Shown: positions 53,270 through 63,472, counted from the first letter of the stretch. The stretch: 64,000 nucleotides of DNA from Paludibacteraceae bacterium (GCA_045591505.1 JAZNSW010000029.1:50368-114367), one strand, 5' to 3'. Made by a program: numbers and translations. The notes: generated from the sequence alone by a model not told the origin.

Positions 53270-54478
53270 TTGAAAAATTATATCTATATATTAAGTGTGT
53301 TGGTAGCAATGATGGTATCATGCGCCAAGACCGACAAAAATCAAGAAGAACAAGCACCAGAGCCTATTGTTCGTTACGAATGGGGATTGCCCATAGACTC
53401 ATTTCGCATAGACACATGCATCGTTAAAGCTGGTGAAACATTGGGCGGAATAATGAATAAATTAGGTGCTACACGGCAACAGATAACAAGTATTACGCTG
53501 ATGCCTCGCTCTGCATTTGATGTTCGTACCATTCGTCCTGGTAAAACATACTATGCACTCTATCAAACAGATAGTACTGGTACAGAAAGACTAGAATACT
53601 ATATTTATCTTCCAAATATTCGCGAAGCTTTTGTGTTGCATTTGACAGATAGCATACATGTAGAGCACACAGAAAAACCCATTATTCATCGTAATCGAGC
53701 AGCCGAGGTTGTGATTGAATCAAGTTTATGGAATGCCATGGTTAGCAATGATTTACCTGCTGAATTAGCTCTAGAATTAAGCGATATTTATGCATGGACG
53801 ATTGACTTTTTTGGGTTGCAAAAAGGAGATTCTATTCGCGTATATTACGATGAACAATACGTAGATAGCATCCGCATTGGTATAGGTCGCATATACGCAG
53901 CAGACTTTTATCACGGAAAAAAATGGCAAGAGGCATTTTGGTTTGAGGACGGAGACATTAGCAACTATTTTGATGCTGAAGGTAATAGTTTGCGCAAAGC
54001 TTTTTTAAAGGCTCCGCTAAACTACAAACGTATTTCTTCTGGTTTTACCTATGCCCGTAAACACCCTATTTATAAAGTTGTTAGGCCTCATACGGGTGTG
54101 GATTATGCCGCTCCAGCAGGAACACCCGTTGTAAGTATTGGAGATGGAATTGTAACTATGAAACAATACAAAGGTGGTGGCGGACACACCGTAAAAATCA
54201 AACATAACTCCACATATACGACTGCATATCTACATTTATCTAAATACGCCAAAGGATTGGCTGTTGGACAACGTGTTCAGCAAGGTCAAGTGATTGGTTA
54301 TGTGGGTAGTTCAGGTGCAAGTACAGGTCCTCACTTGGATTTTCGCGTTTGGAAAAACGGAACACCTATAGATCCACTCAAAATGCAATCTCCCCCCGCG
54401 TTGCCTATCCCTGAACAATATAAAGATACATTTGAAACAGTAGTAAAGAGCTACCGTTCATTGCTGAAAAACAACTAA
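53270..54478 (+). CDS. M23-family metallopeptidase lipoprotein
   Basis: HTGVDYAAPAGTPV and GSSGASTGPHLDFRV. TTG start. Lipobox MVSC. Confidence 0.88.
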   Translation: MKNYIYILSVLVAMMVSCAKTDKNQEEQAPEPIVRYEWGLPIDSFRIDTCIVKAGETLGGIMNKLGATRQQITSITLMPRSAFDVRTIRPGKTYYALYQTDSTGTERLEYYIYLPNIREAFVLHLTDSIHVEHTEKPIIHRNRAAEVVIESSLWNAMVSNDLPAELALELSDIYAWTIDFFGLQKGDSIRVYYDEQYVDSIRIGIGRIYAADFYHGKKWQEAFWFEDGDISNYFDAEGNSLRKAFLKAPLNYKRISSGFTYARKHPIYKVVRPHTGVDYAAPAGTPVVSIGDGIVTMKQYKGGGGHTVKIKHNSTYTTAYLHLSKYAKGLAVGQRVQQGQVIGYVGSSGASTGPHLDFRVWKNGTPIDPLKMQSPPALPIPEQYKDTFETVVKSYRSLLKNN

Positions 54479-54491
54479 TTTCATATTCTTT

Positions 54492-54980
54492 ATGCTTCGC
54501 CTACGCAAAATAGAACCTAGCGACCTCCCCTACATGTATCAATGGGAGAACGATGCGCAGATGTGGGCGGATTCTGACACCCATAACCCATTATCACAAG
54601 CAGATTTACGCGACTATATAGGCTCATCCACAGGCGATATATATCGTGATGGGCAATTGCGACTAATGATTGATAACGAGGGAGAAACAATGGGGTGTAT
54701 AGATTTATTTGATTTTGATCCACGCAATCGAAAGGCTGCAATAGGAATGTATATTGCTCCCCACGCAAGAGGAAAAGGTATTGGAAGACAAGCAGTGAAA
54801 TTATTGGAAGAATATGCCTTTGGTTTTCTAAACATGAGAATGTTGTATGCCATTATTGCTACGCAAAATATAGCATGCTCCTCCATATATGAAAAAGAGG
54901 GCTATACGCCCTCCTCCGTTCTTCCTGCATGGACACTTGAAGATGATGCTATTATTTGGCAGAAATGGACTTCTCAATGA
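54492..54980 (+). CDS. GNAT-family N-acetyltransferase
   Basis: Size and the ...ARGKGIGRQAV... acetyl-CoA loop. Confidence 0.8.
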   Translation: MLRLRKIEPSDLPYMYQWENDAQMWADSDTHNPLSQADLRDYIGSSTGDIYRDGQLRLMIDNEGETMGCIDLFDFDPRNRKAAIGMYIAPHARGKGIGRQAVKLLEEYAFGFLNMRMLYAIIATQNIACSSIYEKEGYTPSSVLPAWTLEDDAIIWQKWTSQ

Positions 54981-55010
54981 AACAATAGATAATCATGTTG
55001 CCTATCATCA

Positions 55011-55430
55011 TTAGCCCAATAGTCCAAATAAACCTTTCTTTTTCTTTGGCTCTTCCACTATATTTCCAGCAGGAGCTGGGCGATGAGGATTACCTGAACT
55101 AATCATTTGGTAGATCACTCCCCAATCAGGAATCCCACCTAAATTTCGGTCATCAATAAAAAGTTCTGCCTCTAATTTGCGTGCACGAACAATATCTGCA
55201 TTCTCTTCAGGGAAATTGGAATTTACTGCATAAAACTCTAATCCTTTCGAAGCACAATAGTCCACAGCCTCTTGCAACAATTCCCCCTCGCGACATGTCC
55301 ACAAAATCAACTGATGATGACCTTCTTGTTGCAATTTCTTTAATGTCTCAATGGCAAAAGGAATAGGTTTGCCAATTCGAGGATATTCATGGGTAACAAT
55401 AGTACCATCAAAATCTACAGCGATTGTCAT
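55011..55430 (-). CDS. small HAD-superfamily-like hydrolase
   Basis: N-terminal IAVDFDGTI (DxDGT) and FIDDR near the C-terminus. Confidence 0.65.
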   Translation of the reverse strand: MTIAVDFDGTIVTHEYPRIGKPIPFAIETLKKLQQEGHHQLILWTCREGELLQEAVDYCASKGLEFYAVNSNFPEENADIVRARKLEAELFIDDRNLGGIPDWGVIYQMISSGNPHRPAPAGNIVEEPKKKKGLFGLLG

Positions 55431-55462
55431 AGTTATTTACAATTTTACAGATTATATTCGAA

Positions 55463-55927
55463 TTAGTAATTCTCTTGGTCAGGATAAGTTGGCTGAAGCT
55501 CCAATTCCATTTTACGAATAGAAGGCTTTGTGAAATACCAACCAATTGCAGCCACCGCTGCAACCCACAACATCGACTGATATGCTCCCATCAGATAAAA
55601 TGCTGCGATTGCAAATACCATTGCATTGCTAACCAATATGATACGCATTCCAGCTGCTTTTTTATATCCCAATAATTTCTCTTCTTCATTTTCTAAAGTA
55701 CTGAGTTTAATGCATTGTTTTTTACATAGATACAATCCCAATGGGATAGTTACAAGTGCATCAAAAATAACAATGTATTGTATTGTTTGTCCAAGAGTAG
55801 AAAGAGAATCAATAGGTTGCACATACTCCTTCATAATCAAGAAATATGCCAAGGTACCCACTAAAAGGGTTAATGCCATAATTCCATAGTAATACACATT
55901 AAGTGTTCGAATAATTTTTTGTTCCAT
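55463..55927 (-). CDS. hypothetical 4-helix membrane protein
   Basis: ORF track. Hydrophobic helices. Confidence 0.55.
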   Translation of the reverse strand: MEQKIIRTLNVYYYGIMALTLLVGTLAYFLIMKEYVQPIDSLSTLGQTIQYIVIFDALVTIPLGLYLCKKQCIKLSTLENEEEKLLGYKKAAGMRIILVSNAMVFAIAAFYLMGAYQSMLWVAAVAAIGWYFTKPSIRKMELELQPTYPDQENY

Positions 55928-55975
55928 GAGTAAATTATTTTTATTTCTATTCTAATATGTTTTAATGAAGATTAA

Positions 55976-56617
55976 TTAAACCTTAAATTCTATTCTATTG
56001 ATTATTGAACGTCCTAACGTAATTTCATCTGTATATTCCAATTCGTTACCAATAGCTACACCACGCGCAATTTGGCTAATTTTTAGAGGTATAGCCTCTG
56101 TTGCTTCAGAACAGTTTGTTTTGCTATTTTGCAAACGACGATAAATATAAAAATTGGTTGTATCCCCTTCCATAGTGGTAGGCAAAGCCAAAATAACTTC
56201 TCTTATTTCTTCAGGTTCTATGCGTGCCAAAAGAGAATCAATCTCTAAATCCGATGGGCCTACTCCATCCATAGGAGAAATAACTCCCCCCAAGACATGG
56301 TACAAACCATGATACTGCCCAGTATTCTCAATAGACATGACATCCTGCACATTTTCAACCACACATACCGTATGCCTATCGCGTTTAGTAGATTGACATA
56401 TTGGGCAAATTTCTTGATCTGAAATCGTATGGCAGATGCGGCAATAAAAGACATCCTTTTTTAGTGAATTGAGTGCAGCAGTAAACGCCTCTACATCACT
56501 ATCCGATTGACGCAAAAGATGTAACACTAAACGAAGTGCTGTCTTTCTGCCAATACCAGGCAAAGAGGCGAACTGATCCACAGCCTTGCTGAGTAATATG
56601 GAAGGATAAGAAAGCAT
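55976..56617 (-). CDS. recR: recombination protein RecR
   Basis: [12 protein letters not shown] Hh[17 protein letters not shown] zinc finger, and a Toprim region VCVVENVQD. Confidence 0.92.
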   Translation of the reverse strand: MLSYPSILLSKAVDQFASLPGIGRKTALRLVLHLLRQSDSDVEAFTAALNSLKKDVFYCRICHTISDQEICPICQSTKRDRHTVCVVENVQDVMSIENTGQYHGLYHVLGGVISPMDGVGPSDLEIDSLLARIEPEEIREVILALPTTMEGDTTNFYIYRRLQNSKTNCSEATEAIPLKISQIARGVAIGNELEYTDEITLGRSIINRIEFKV

Positions 56618-56665
56618 TTATAATGGATATATAATGGATGTATAATGGATAGTGAATAGAATTTA

Positions 56666-58117
56666 TTATTCTTTTTTCTTTGCCCAACGAGCAGGAACCA
56701 TTCGGTAAGGATAGTTTTCACGCATATTATCTGCATTAGGACAATCGCAACGATGAATACGAATTCCCTTGAAAATACTGATAAAACCAAAAATCGGATC
56801 ACCAGGTTGAGGATTACAACATTTTGCGAGGTTGTAATCAACACTCTTCACATTAATATCCACTTCCAGAGCTAAAGCATCCTGCTGTTGAGTAGCAAGA
56901 GGTTCATACGCTGTACGTAAACTTTCATAATGTGGTTCATCCATGGAAAGAAAAACCTCTTTGATACGCAATAGGTCTTCCTTACCAGATGCAATGGATT
57001 GGTACAAGTCTGTGGTCATCTTATACCCTAACTTGAGTGCTAAGCGTGAAATATCTCCCTCTTCATAGTCAATTTTCCAATTCTTAAAACGTCTCTCAAG
57101 CATCTCCCTACCTTCCGCAGCATTGCGATATTCCACTTCTTTGAGTGCTTGACGAATCTTATTCTTAGCTCGATGAGAAACTACTATATTCAACCAATCC
57201 GCAGAAGGTTTTTGATTGGGAGAAGTCACGATTTCGACCTGATCACCATTTTGTAGTTTTTGACGAATACTCACATTCTGATTACGAATACGCCCTCCTA
57301 CACATTTGCATCCGACATCACTATGAATAGAAAATGCAAAATCTAACACAGTAGCCCCCGCAGTTAAACGCTTAAGATCTCCTGTTGGTGTGAAAACATA
57401 TACACTTTGCGTATCTGTATTTAGTCGATTACCATCAACTCCCTTATATGCCCAATGAGCAGCCACCCCTTTTTCAGCCACTTCATCCATCCGACGAGTA
57501 CGAATTTGCACCTCTACCCATTTATTTTCAGGTCCTAAAACAGTAGTATGTAAACTCTCATAACCATTTTCTTTAGGAACACTCAACCAGTCGCGCAAAC
57601 GCTTTGGATTTGGGCGGTACATATCCGTAATTATCGAATATACTTGCCAACAATCCAACTTCTCTCTTTCTAAGGGAGAATCTAAAATGATACGAATGGC
57701 AAACAAATCGTAAATACGATCTACATCGCATTTTTGCACTTGCATTTTGTGATAAATGCTATGAATAGATTTTGGTCTTCCTTTAATAGTGAATTCAAAA
57801 CCAGCTGCTTTGAGTTTTTGCTCCAAAGGAGTAATAAACGAAGTGATATAGGCATCGCGTTGGGCTTTTTTTTCATTCAACGCATGCGCAATATATTTAT
57901 AGGTTGTATAATCAGTAAACTTCAGGGCTAAATCTTCCATCTCCGTTTTGATGGCATACAAGCCCAAACGATGTGCTAAAGGAGCATGCAAAGTGCTTGT
58001 TTCACGAGCAATATGACGACGACGGTCGGAATCGCCTTCTTTATCCATTGCACGGAGTTGCTCCAAGCGTTCTGTTAAGATTTTATATAAAACTTGATTA
58101 CTATCTTCGTTAGCCAT
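56666..58117 (-). CDS. RelA/SpoT-homologue (p)ppGpp synthetase with TGS, helical and Cys-rich domains, but no HD and no ACT/RRM domain
   Basis: APLAHRLGLY...GRPKSIHSIYHKM...ESLHTTV...IRTRRMDEVAEKGVAAHWAYK (synthetase), VYVFTPTGDLKRL (TGS), and CCNPQPGDPIFGF...HRCDC. The ORF stops about 25 aa later. Confidence 0.8.
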   Translation of the reverse strand: MANEDSNQVLYKILTERLEQLRAMDKEGDSDRRRHIARETSTLHAPLAHRLGLYAIKTEMEDLALKFTDYTTYKYIAHALNEKKAQRDAYITSFITPLEQKLKAAGFEFTIKGRPKSIHSIYHKMQVQKCDVDRIYDLFAIRIILDSPLEREKLDCWQVYSIITDMYRPNPKRLRDWLSVPKENGYESLHTTVLGPENKWVEVQIRTRRMDEVAEKGVAAHWAYKGVDGNRLNTDTQSVYVFTPTGDLKRLTAGATVLDFAFSIHSDVGCKCVGGRIRNQNVSIRQKLQNGDQVEIVTSPNQKPSADWLNIVVSHRAKNKIRQALKEVEYRNAAEGREMLERRFKNWKIDYEEGDISRLALKLGYKMTTDLYQSIASGKEDLLRIKEVFLSMDEPHYESLRTAYEPLATQQQDALALEVDINVKSVDYNLAKCCNPQPGDPIFGFISIFKGIRIHRCDCPNADNMRENYPYRMVPARWAKKKE

Positions 58118-58143
58118 AGTTACTCATATTACAAATTCGGGTG

Positions 58144-58175
58144 CAAAGTTACAAAAAAAAATGCACGTATGCAAG
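58144..58175 (-). promoter_or_regulatory. promoter (TTG...TAACTTTG) of the RSH gene
   Basis: Plus-strand caaagtta at 58144-58151. Confidence 0.5.
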
Positions 58176-58200
58176 AAAAAAGATAAAACACGAAAAATTA

Positions 58201-58232
58201 TTTGCATATATCAAAAAGAATTTGTAATTTTG
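58201..58232 (+). promoter_or_regulatory. promoter (TTTG-N20-TAATTTTG) of the 255-aa gene
   Basis: tttg at 58201-58204 and taattttg at 58225-58232. Confidence 0.55.
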
Positions 58233-58286
58233 CAGCGTATTTGGGAATACGATGAATATTAACCTGTAAATTTAAATAAAAACAAT

Positions 58287-59054
58287 ATGAACGCAACAAA
58301 AATCATTATCCAAACATTGCTTGGAGTAGGTGTCGTTTTCATGGCATTTATTTGCGTGAAGAGTGTAGTTACTCCTATCCAATTTGAAGAGGAGCGCGCA
58401 GTGCGCGAAACTCAAGTTATCGCAAACCTTATTAGTCTTCGTACCGCAGAAGCTCAGTTCCGTTTGGACAAGGGCTATTTTACTGCAGATCTTGACTCGC
58501 TGGTTGATTATTTGAAAACAGCTCCTAAGAAAGAGGTGCTGAAAGAGGGTTCACTATCTGAGAAACAATTGGAAGATGGTATGACTGAATTTAAAGCAAG
58601 CAAGATTCTTGAAAAAGCACGTATCAAAGCACAACGCAAGATGAATTTCCAAGGTCCAGACAGCCTTATTCAACTCTACAATTATGTATGGGAGAATGAC
58701 CGTGAAGTTAAATCTGCTGGTTTGCAAAATTTCCGTCGTGACACTATCCTCACTAACATGATTCAAGCTCTCTACAAAGGTCAATATACTGAAGAGACTA
58801 TTGGAGAAATTATCTATATTCCTTATACTAACAATGTTAAGTTTGAGGTAGAAACTAATAATGAATATACAACCTCTCAAGGTATTCGCGTGCCAATCTT
58901 TGAGATTCGTGCACACTACAACACCTATTTGCATGACCTTAATGACCAAGAGCGTGTAAACCTCATCGATAAAGAGGAGAAACTGGAGCACTATCCTGGT
59001 TTGAAAGTAGGTTCTGTAGAGGCTCCTAACAATAACGCAGGTAACTGGGAGTAA
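58287..59054 (+). CDS. hypothetical membrane-anchored protein (255 aa)
   Basis: A single N-terminal TM helix. No motif recognised. Confidence 0.6.
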   Translation: MNATKIIIQTLLGVGVVFMAFICVKSVVTPIQFEEERAVRETQVIANLISLRTAEAQFRLDKGYFTADLDSLVDYLKTAPKKEVLKEGSLSEKQLEDGMTEFKASKILEKARIKAQRKMNFQGPDSLIQLYNYVWENDREVKSAGLQNFRRDTILTNMIQALYKGQYTEETIGEIIYIPYTNNVKFEVETNNEYTTSQGIRVPIFEIRAHYNTYLHDLNDQERVNLIDKEEKLEHYPGLKVGSVEAPNNNAGNWE

Positions 59055-59165
59055 TAGGGCTATTAGGCGATTAGGCTATTAGGCGATTAGGCTATTAGGC
59101 GTGGTTAGAGGTGAAAGGATAGAGGTTAGAGACGACTAATAGGCGAAAGCAAAGGCAAGAATATA

Positions 59166-59696
59166 ATGAGAATTATTTCTGGAACATTTAGGGGGCGTCG
59201 ATTGATGCCCCCTAAAAATATCACAGCACGTCCCACGACTGATTTTGCAAAGGAGAGTTTATTTAACCTCCTAACTAATCGTATGGATTTTGAAGGAGTG
59301 GATATGTTGGATTTATTTGCAGGTACAGGTGGAATTGGTTTGGAATTTGTTTCTCGCGGAGCACGTGAAGTGACCGCCGTAGAAATGGCACATACACAGC
59401 AGAATTTCATCATATCAAGTTGCAAACAATTAGGAATCAAAAATTTACATCTAATTCGTGGAGATGTATTCAAATATATCAAATCATGTCATATCCAATA
59501 TGATTTTATTTATGCAGACCCTCCATATGATTTGGAATTGCTGCCTACTCTCCCCGACTTGGTTTTCGAACACAATCTGCTGAAAGAAGGAGGATATTTT
59601 GTATTAGAACATTCTAAAGCACATGATTTTTATTCTCATCCGCATTTTGTAGAACAACGGAGTTACGGAAGTGTACATTTCACATTTTTCAAATAA
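59166..59696 (+). CDS. rsmD: 16S rRNA (guanine966-N2)-methyltransferase RsmD
   Basis: MRIISGTFRGRRL, DLFAGTGGIGLE, YADPPY. Confidence 0.9.
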   Translation: MRIISGTFRGRRLMPPKNITARPTTDFAKESLFNLLTNRMDFEGVDMLDLFAGTGGIGLEFVSRGAREVTAVEMAHTQQNFIISSCKQLGIKNLHLIRGDVFKYIKSCHIQYDFIYADPPYDLELLPTLPDLVFEHNLLKEGGYFVLEHSKAHDFYSHPHFVEQRSYGSVHFTFFK

Positions 59697-59698
59697 AC

Positions 59699-59729
59699 AA
59701 AAAAAAGAGGTCTGTGACCTCTTTTTTAT
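59699..59729. terminator. bidirectional terminator between rsmD and galE
   Basis: aaaaaagaggtc-tgt-gacctctttttt. Confidence 0.7.
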
Positions 59730-59745
59730 TGTATTGTTACACTCT

Positions 59746-60777
59746 CTAATTGATTCCTCGGAGTTTCTTTTCCCAATTCCATGCACTCAGAAGCACCTCT
59801 TCAATCGGGGTATCGGCTTTCCACCCTAAAATATTATTAGCTTTATCTGGTTTTGCCCAAACTTGTTCTATATCGCCTTCGCGACGCCCAACAATCTCAT
59901 ATGGGATTTCAACGCCAGTTACCTGAATGAATGTTGTTAGAATTTCTAAGACACTCAATCCTCGCCCCGTTCCTAAATTGAAGATTTCTATTTGCGTCTC
60001 TGCCTTTCCAGAAAGCATGCGTTCTACCGCTTTTACATGCGCTTTTGCCAAATCCACCACATAGATATAATCACGGATACATGATCCATCAGGGGTATTG
60101 TAGTCATTTCCATAGACTTTAAGCTGCTTGCGCAAGCCAGCAGCAGTTTGTGTGACAAAAGGCAAGAGACTTTGCGGAACACCATTGGGCAACTCACCAA
60201 TCATTGCAGAAGGGTGTGCACCAATAGGATTAAAGTAGCGTAAAATCGTAGCATTCAAAGATTTATCCGAATGAGCTTGATCACAGATAATCTCTTCATT
60301 GATTTGTTTCGTGTTTCCGTAAGGAGAGAGTGCAGCCTGAATAGGAGCAGACTCATCTACAGGCAAATGCTCAGCAGATGGCTGACCATATACAGTGCAT
60401 GAACTGGAGAAAACGAGATGATGAATAGCATGCGCTTTCATCTGCTCTAAGAGCGTAATCAGTGACATGAGATTATTGCGATAGTACATCAATGGTTTTT
60501 CCACTGATTCGCCAACAGCTTTGCTGGCAGCAAAATGAATCACAGCTTCAATATCTGCATAACGATTCATCACGTCTGCAATAGCATTCGAATCCGTACA
60601 ATCCACTTGCTCAAAATCAGGAGACTTTCCCACAATTGCAGCAATACCATTGAGCATCTCTTTGTTTGAATTGCTCAAGTTATCTACAATTACCACATCA
60701 TACCCTTGTTGCATTAGCTCTACTACCGTGTGCGAACCAATGTAACCAGTACCTCCTGTCACTAAAATACGAGCCAT
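59746..60777 (-). CDS. galE: UDP-glucose 4-epimerase
   Basis: ILVTGGTGYIGSH, a YGNTK catalytic motif, 343 aa. Confidence 0.93.
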   Translation of the reverse strand: MARILVTGGTGYIGSHTVVELMQQGYDVVIVDNLSNSNKEMLNGIAAIVGKSPDFEQVDCTDSNAIADVMNRYADIEAVIHFAASKAVGESVEKPLMYYRNNLMSLITLLEQMKAHAIHHLVFSSSCTVYGQPSAEHLPVDESAPIQAALSPYGNTKQINEEIICDQAHSDKSLNATILRYFNPIGAHPSAMIGELPNGVPQSLLPFVTQTAAGLRKQLKVYGNDYNTPDGSCIRDYIYVVDLAKAHVKAVERMLSGKAETQIEIFNLGTGRGLSVLEILTTFIQVTGVEIPYEIVGRREGDIEQVWAKPDKANNILGWKADTPIEEVLLSAWNWEKKLRGIN

Positions 60778-60813
60778 TATAATTTATAATTTGACTAAGT
60801 ATAAAATTACCAT

Positions 60814-61716
60814 TTAGAATAATGGACTTGGATAAACACCAGCATCAACCAATGCTTGGATTTTATCCACTACCATTTGACGATCATCTGCATAAGTAAC
60901 ACCGAACCATTTTGCAGGTGTATCTAACACTTCGCAAGTTGCAGTGCCTGCATTAATCATGTCATTTACCAATGTTGGGATATAGAACTCAGCCTTCAAT
61001 TCTTGTGCATTCTTCGTTAAGAAAGCCTTGAAAGCCTCTTCTGCATAAGCAAAATACTCAGGAGTGAAGCCCCACATATTCATACTAACAGGAGTATCAA
61101 ATGCAATTTCTACATCTTCACCATTATCACCTTTATAGCAAACATGTCCATCTTTATTCTCAATAGAAGTACGCTCAACAACATCTGTCAAGAAACCATT
61201 TGCATCTGTAGAACATACACCACGACTAACACTACCATGTTCGCTCAAGGTATTACCTACACGATAACCAGCCATACAATATTTACCTTGTTGACCTTCT
61301 ACCTCGTTCAAGAATTTAGCCATGACTTCAAATGACTCTTTACCATAAAAATCATCTGCATTAATGACCATAAATGGCTCTTTAATAATATCTTTTGCCA
61401 TCAAAACAGCGTGGTTAGTACCCCATGGTTTGGTACGTTCTGGGTTACGTGTAAAGCCTTCTGGCAAATTATCAATACCTTGGAAACATACTTCGCATTG
61501 TACGTGATCAGCATATTTACTGAGAACAATATTACGGAAATCTTCTTCAAAATCCTTGCGGATAACAAAAACGACTTTACCAAAACCAGCACGCATAGCA
61601 TCAAAAACGCTATAGTCCATGATAGTTTCACCATTAGGTCCAAGACCATCTAATTGTTTTAATCCTCCGTAACGGCTACCCATTCCCGCAGCCAAGATAA
61701 ATAATGTTGGTTTCAT
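60814..61716 (-). CDS. sugar-phosphate nucleotidyltransferase family protein
   Basis: LAAGMGSRYGGLKQL, the G-x-G-[ST]-R signature. Confidence 0.8.
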   Translation of the reverse strand: MKPTLFILAAGMGSRYGGLKQLDGLGPNGETIMDYSVFDAMRAGFGKVVFVIRKDFEEDFRNIVLSKYADHVQCEVCFQGIDNLPEGFTRNPERTKPWGTNHAVLMAKDIIKEPFMVINADDFYGKESFEVMAKFLNEVEGQQGKYCMAGYRVGNTLSEHGSVSRGVCSTDANGFLTDVVERTSIENKDGHVCYKGDNGEDVEIAFDTPVSMNMWGFTPEYFAYAEEAFKAFLTKNAQELKAEFYIPTLVNDMINAGTATCEVLDTPAKWFGVTYADDRQMVVDKIQALVDAGVYPSPLF

Positions 61717-61740
61717 TGTTGTAAAAATATTTAAAGGTTA

Positions 61741-62850
61741 TTATTCATTAGAAATTTCTACTCTACCATTGCGTTTACGGTGTTTCAGCCATAGACCATA
61801 AATCTCAGAGCAATTGCTTGCAGTGATAAATGCTTTGATTTCATTATCACGGATAAACGCCATCAATGATGCAAACTCTTCTTGTGTGAGCAAAGACTGG
61901 ATTTCCTTTGATTCTTCACCAGTGTATCCACCTTCTACAGTGTACAACGAGCAGCCACGAATCAAGTCCTCCACAATATATTTACGTATGCGCGCGTGAT
62001 CGCGTGAAATAATACAAACACGTTTACGACGATCTAACGAAGCTGTGAAGTAATTGATGACAATACCATTGAGCCATGTGCCAATCAAGCCAATAACCAC
62101 CATACGGAAATCATTGATTAAGAAAGCAGTACAGCAAATTAACGCACCACCAATTGAAACAGACATACCAATATCAAAATGCATAAACTTATTGATAATC
62201 TTAGCCAAGATATCCAAACCACCCGTAGAAGCATTTACGCGGAACTCAATAGCTTGACTGGCAGACAATAAGATAACAAAGCAAACCAAATCAAACCACA
62301 CATCTCCCATGCCCAATCCAGCAGACATTACTGATTCCCGCACCTGTTCTAAGACTTCGCCTGCACGGCTAAGTAGATAAGGGTTGCCATTAGCATCAAT
62401 TACTGTTTGTCCAGCTTGTAATTGTGCTAAGATGTCAGGATTTTCAATTACTTTGTGGGTAAAATTAGTGTATGGGCAAATGCGGTCCCAGACTTGAGTC
62501 AGAGGTCCCAATATCATGGCAGTATAAACCGTTTTAGCACCAAACTCATTGCCAATCAGCAAGAAAGCTAAAATCAGCAAGAAAGCATTAATACCCATTA
62601 CAAGATAGGAGAAAGTGTCAGGCGTACCTCCAATCAATGTATTAATAACGATACTCAGACCTGAAATAGTACCAATAATCAAGTGACTTGGCATCAAAAA
62701 ATAGTAAACTGCCGCTGCACCAATCATAATACCAATGGTCATTACAACCAATTCTTTCCAGAATTTTTTTGTCCCCAACGCATGCCAAAAGTCCAATGCC
62801 AGACCTTGCCAATATTTCGCTGAGAGATATTGCTGCAAATGTGAGCTCAT
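61741..62850 (-). CDS. YitT-family membrane protein (with DUF2179-like C-terminal domain)
   Basis: Multi-TM N-terminal part and a C-terminal soluble domain ...CSLYTVEGGYTGEE... Start moved to M26, because the longer ORF overlaps ribH. Confidence 0.7.
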   Translation of the reverse strand: MSSHLQQYLSAKYWQGLALDFWHALGTKKFWKELVVMTIGIMIGAAAVYYFLMPSHLIIGTISGLSIVINTLIGGTPDTFSYLVMGINAFLLILAFLLIGNEFGAKTVYTAMILGPLTQVWDRICPYTNFTHKVIENPDILAQLQAGQTVIDANGNPYLLSRAGEVLEQVRESVMSAGLGMGDVWFDLVCFVILLSASQAIEFRVNASTGGLDILAKIINKFMHFDIGMSVSIGGALICCTAFLINDFRMVVIGLIGTWLNGIVINYFTASLDRRKRVCIISRDHARIRKYIVEDLIRGCSLYTVEGGYTGEESKEIQSLLTQEEFASLMAFIRDNEIKAFITASNCSEIYGLWLKHRKRNGRVEISNE

Positions 62851-62881
62851 GATTTTAAATTTTATTAAGTAAGTATAATAA

Positions 62882-63421
62882 TTAGAGTAAATTTGCCATT
62901 TTGATAGCTGTGACTGCACCCTCAATGCCTTTGTTTCCTAAGCGACCACCTGCACGGTCAAGTGCTTGTTGCTTATCCAAAGTGGTGAGTACGGAAAAAA
63001 TCACAGGGACACGATTGATTATACTTTGTCCCGTCCACGCAGCGCCTTGTGCGTTGAGGAGTGTGACTCCTTGCGTAACGGACTGGCAGACATAATCAAA
63101 GTGAGGTGTATCGCCTTTGATGACGCAACCAATAACGATTACTGCATTTACAGGCGTTCTAAGAAAGTTGCCTTTAGCCGCTTTGCCTCCTGACACATAC
63201 AACGATGCGCCATAGGTAAGTTCTACTGTACCAGGCACATGCATCACATCGATATTTTCTTCTTGCACACCATGTTTGATAAGTGTATCAATAGCCCCTT
63301 GCGCCAGTTTGTGGGTGATTTCGCTATTCCAGTCTGCTACTACAATAGCATAACGCTGACGTGCAAGCACATCAGCGTTAGGCAATTCGTTCGCGTTATA
63401 TTGCGACAAATCGGTTGTCAT
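62882..63421 (-). CDS. ribH: 6,7-dimethyl-8-ribityllumazine synthase
   Basis: [47 protein letters not shown]. Confidence 0.9.
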   Translation of the reverse strand: MTTDLSQYNANELPNADVLARQRYAIVVADWNSEITHKLAQGAIDTLIKHGVQEENIDVMHVPGTVELTYGASLYVSGGKAAKGNFLRTPVNAVIVIGCVIKGDTPHFDYVCQSVTQGVTLLNAQGAAWTGQSIINRVPVIFSVLTTLDKQQALDRAGGRLGNKGIEGAVTAIKMANLL

Positions 63422-63472
63422 AGTTATTTACAATTTGACAATGTACAATTTACAAAGGTGTACAAAGTCTAA

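Noticed and set aside
55976-63421. Possible extra loops in RecR (…[13 protein letters not shown]…) and RibH (…[12 protein letters not shown]…, …[10 protein letters not shown]…) as further in-frame insertions
   Set aside because: The impression rests only on my memory of homologue lengths, and the underlying DNA is not clearly repetitive. This needs real alignments before it can be claimed.
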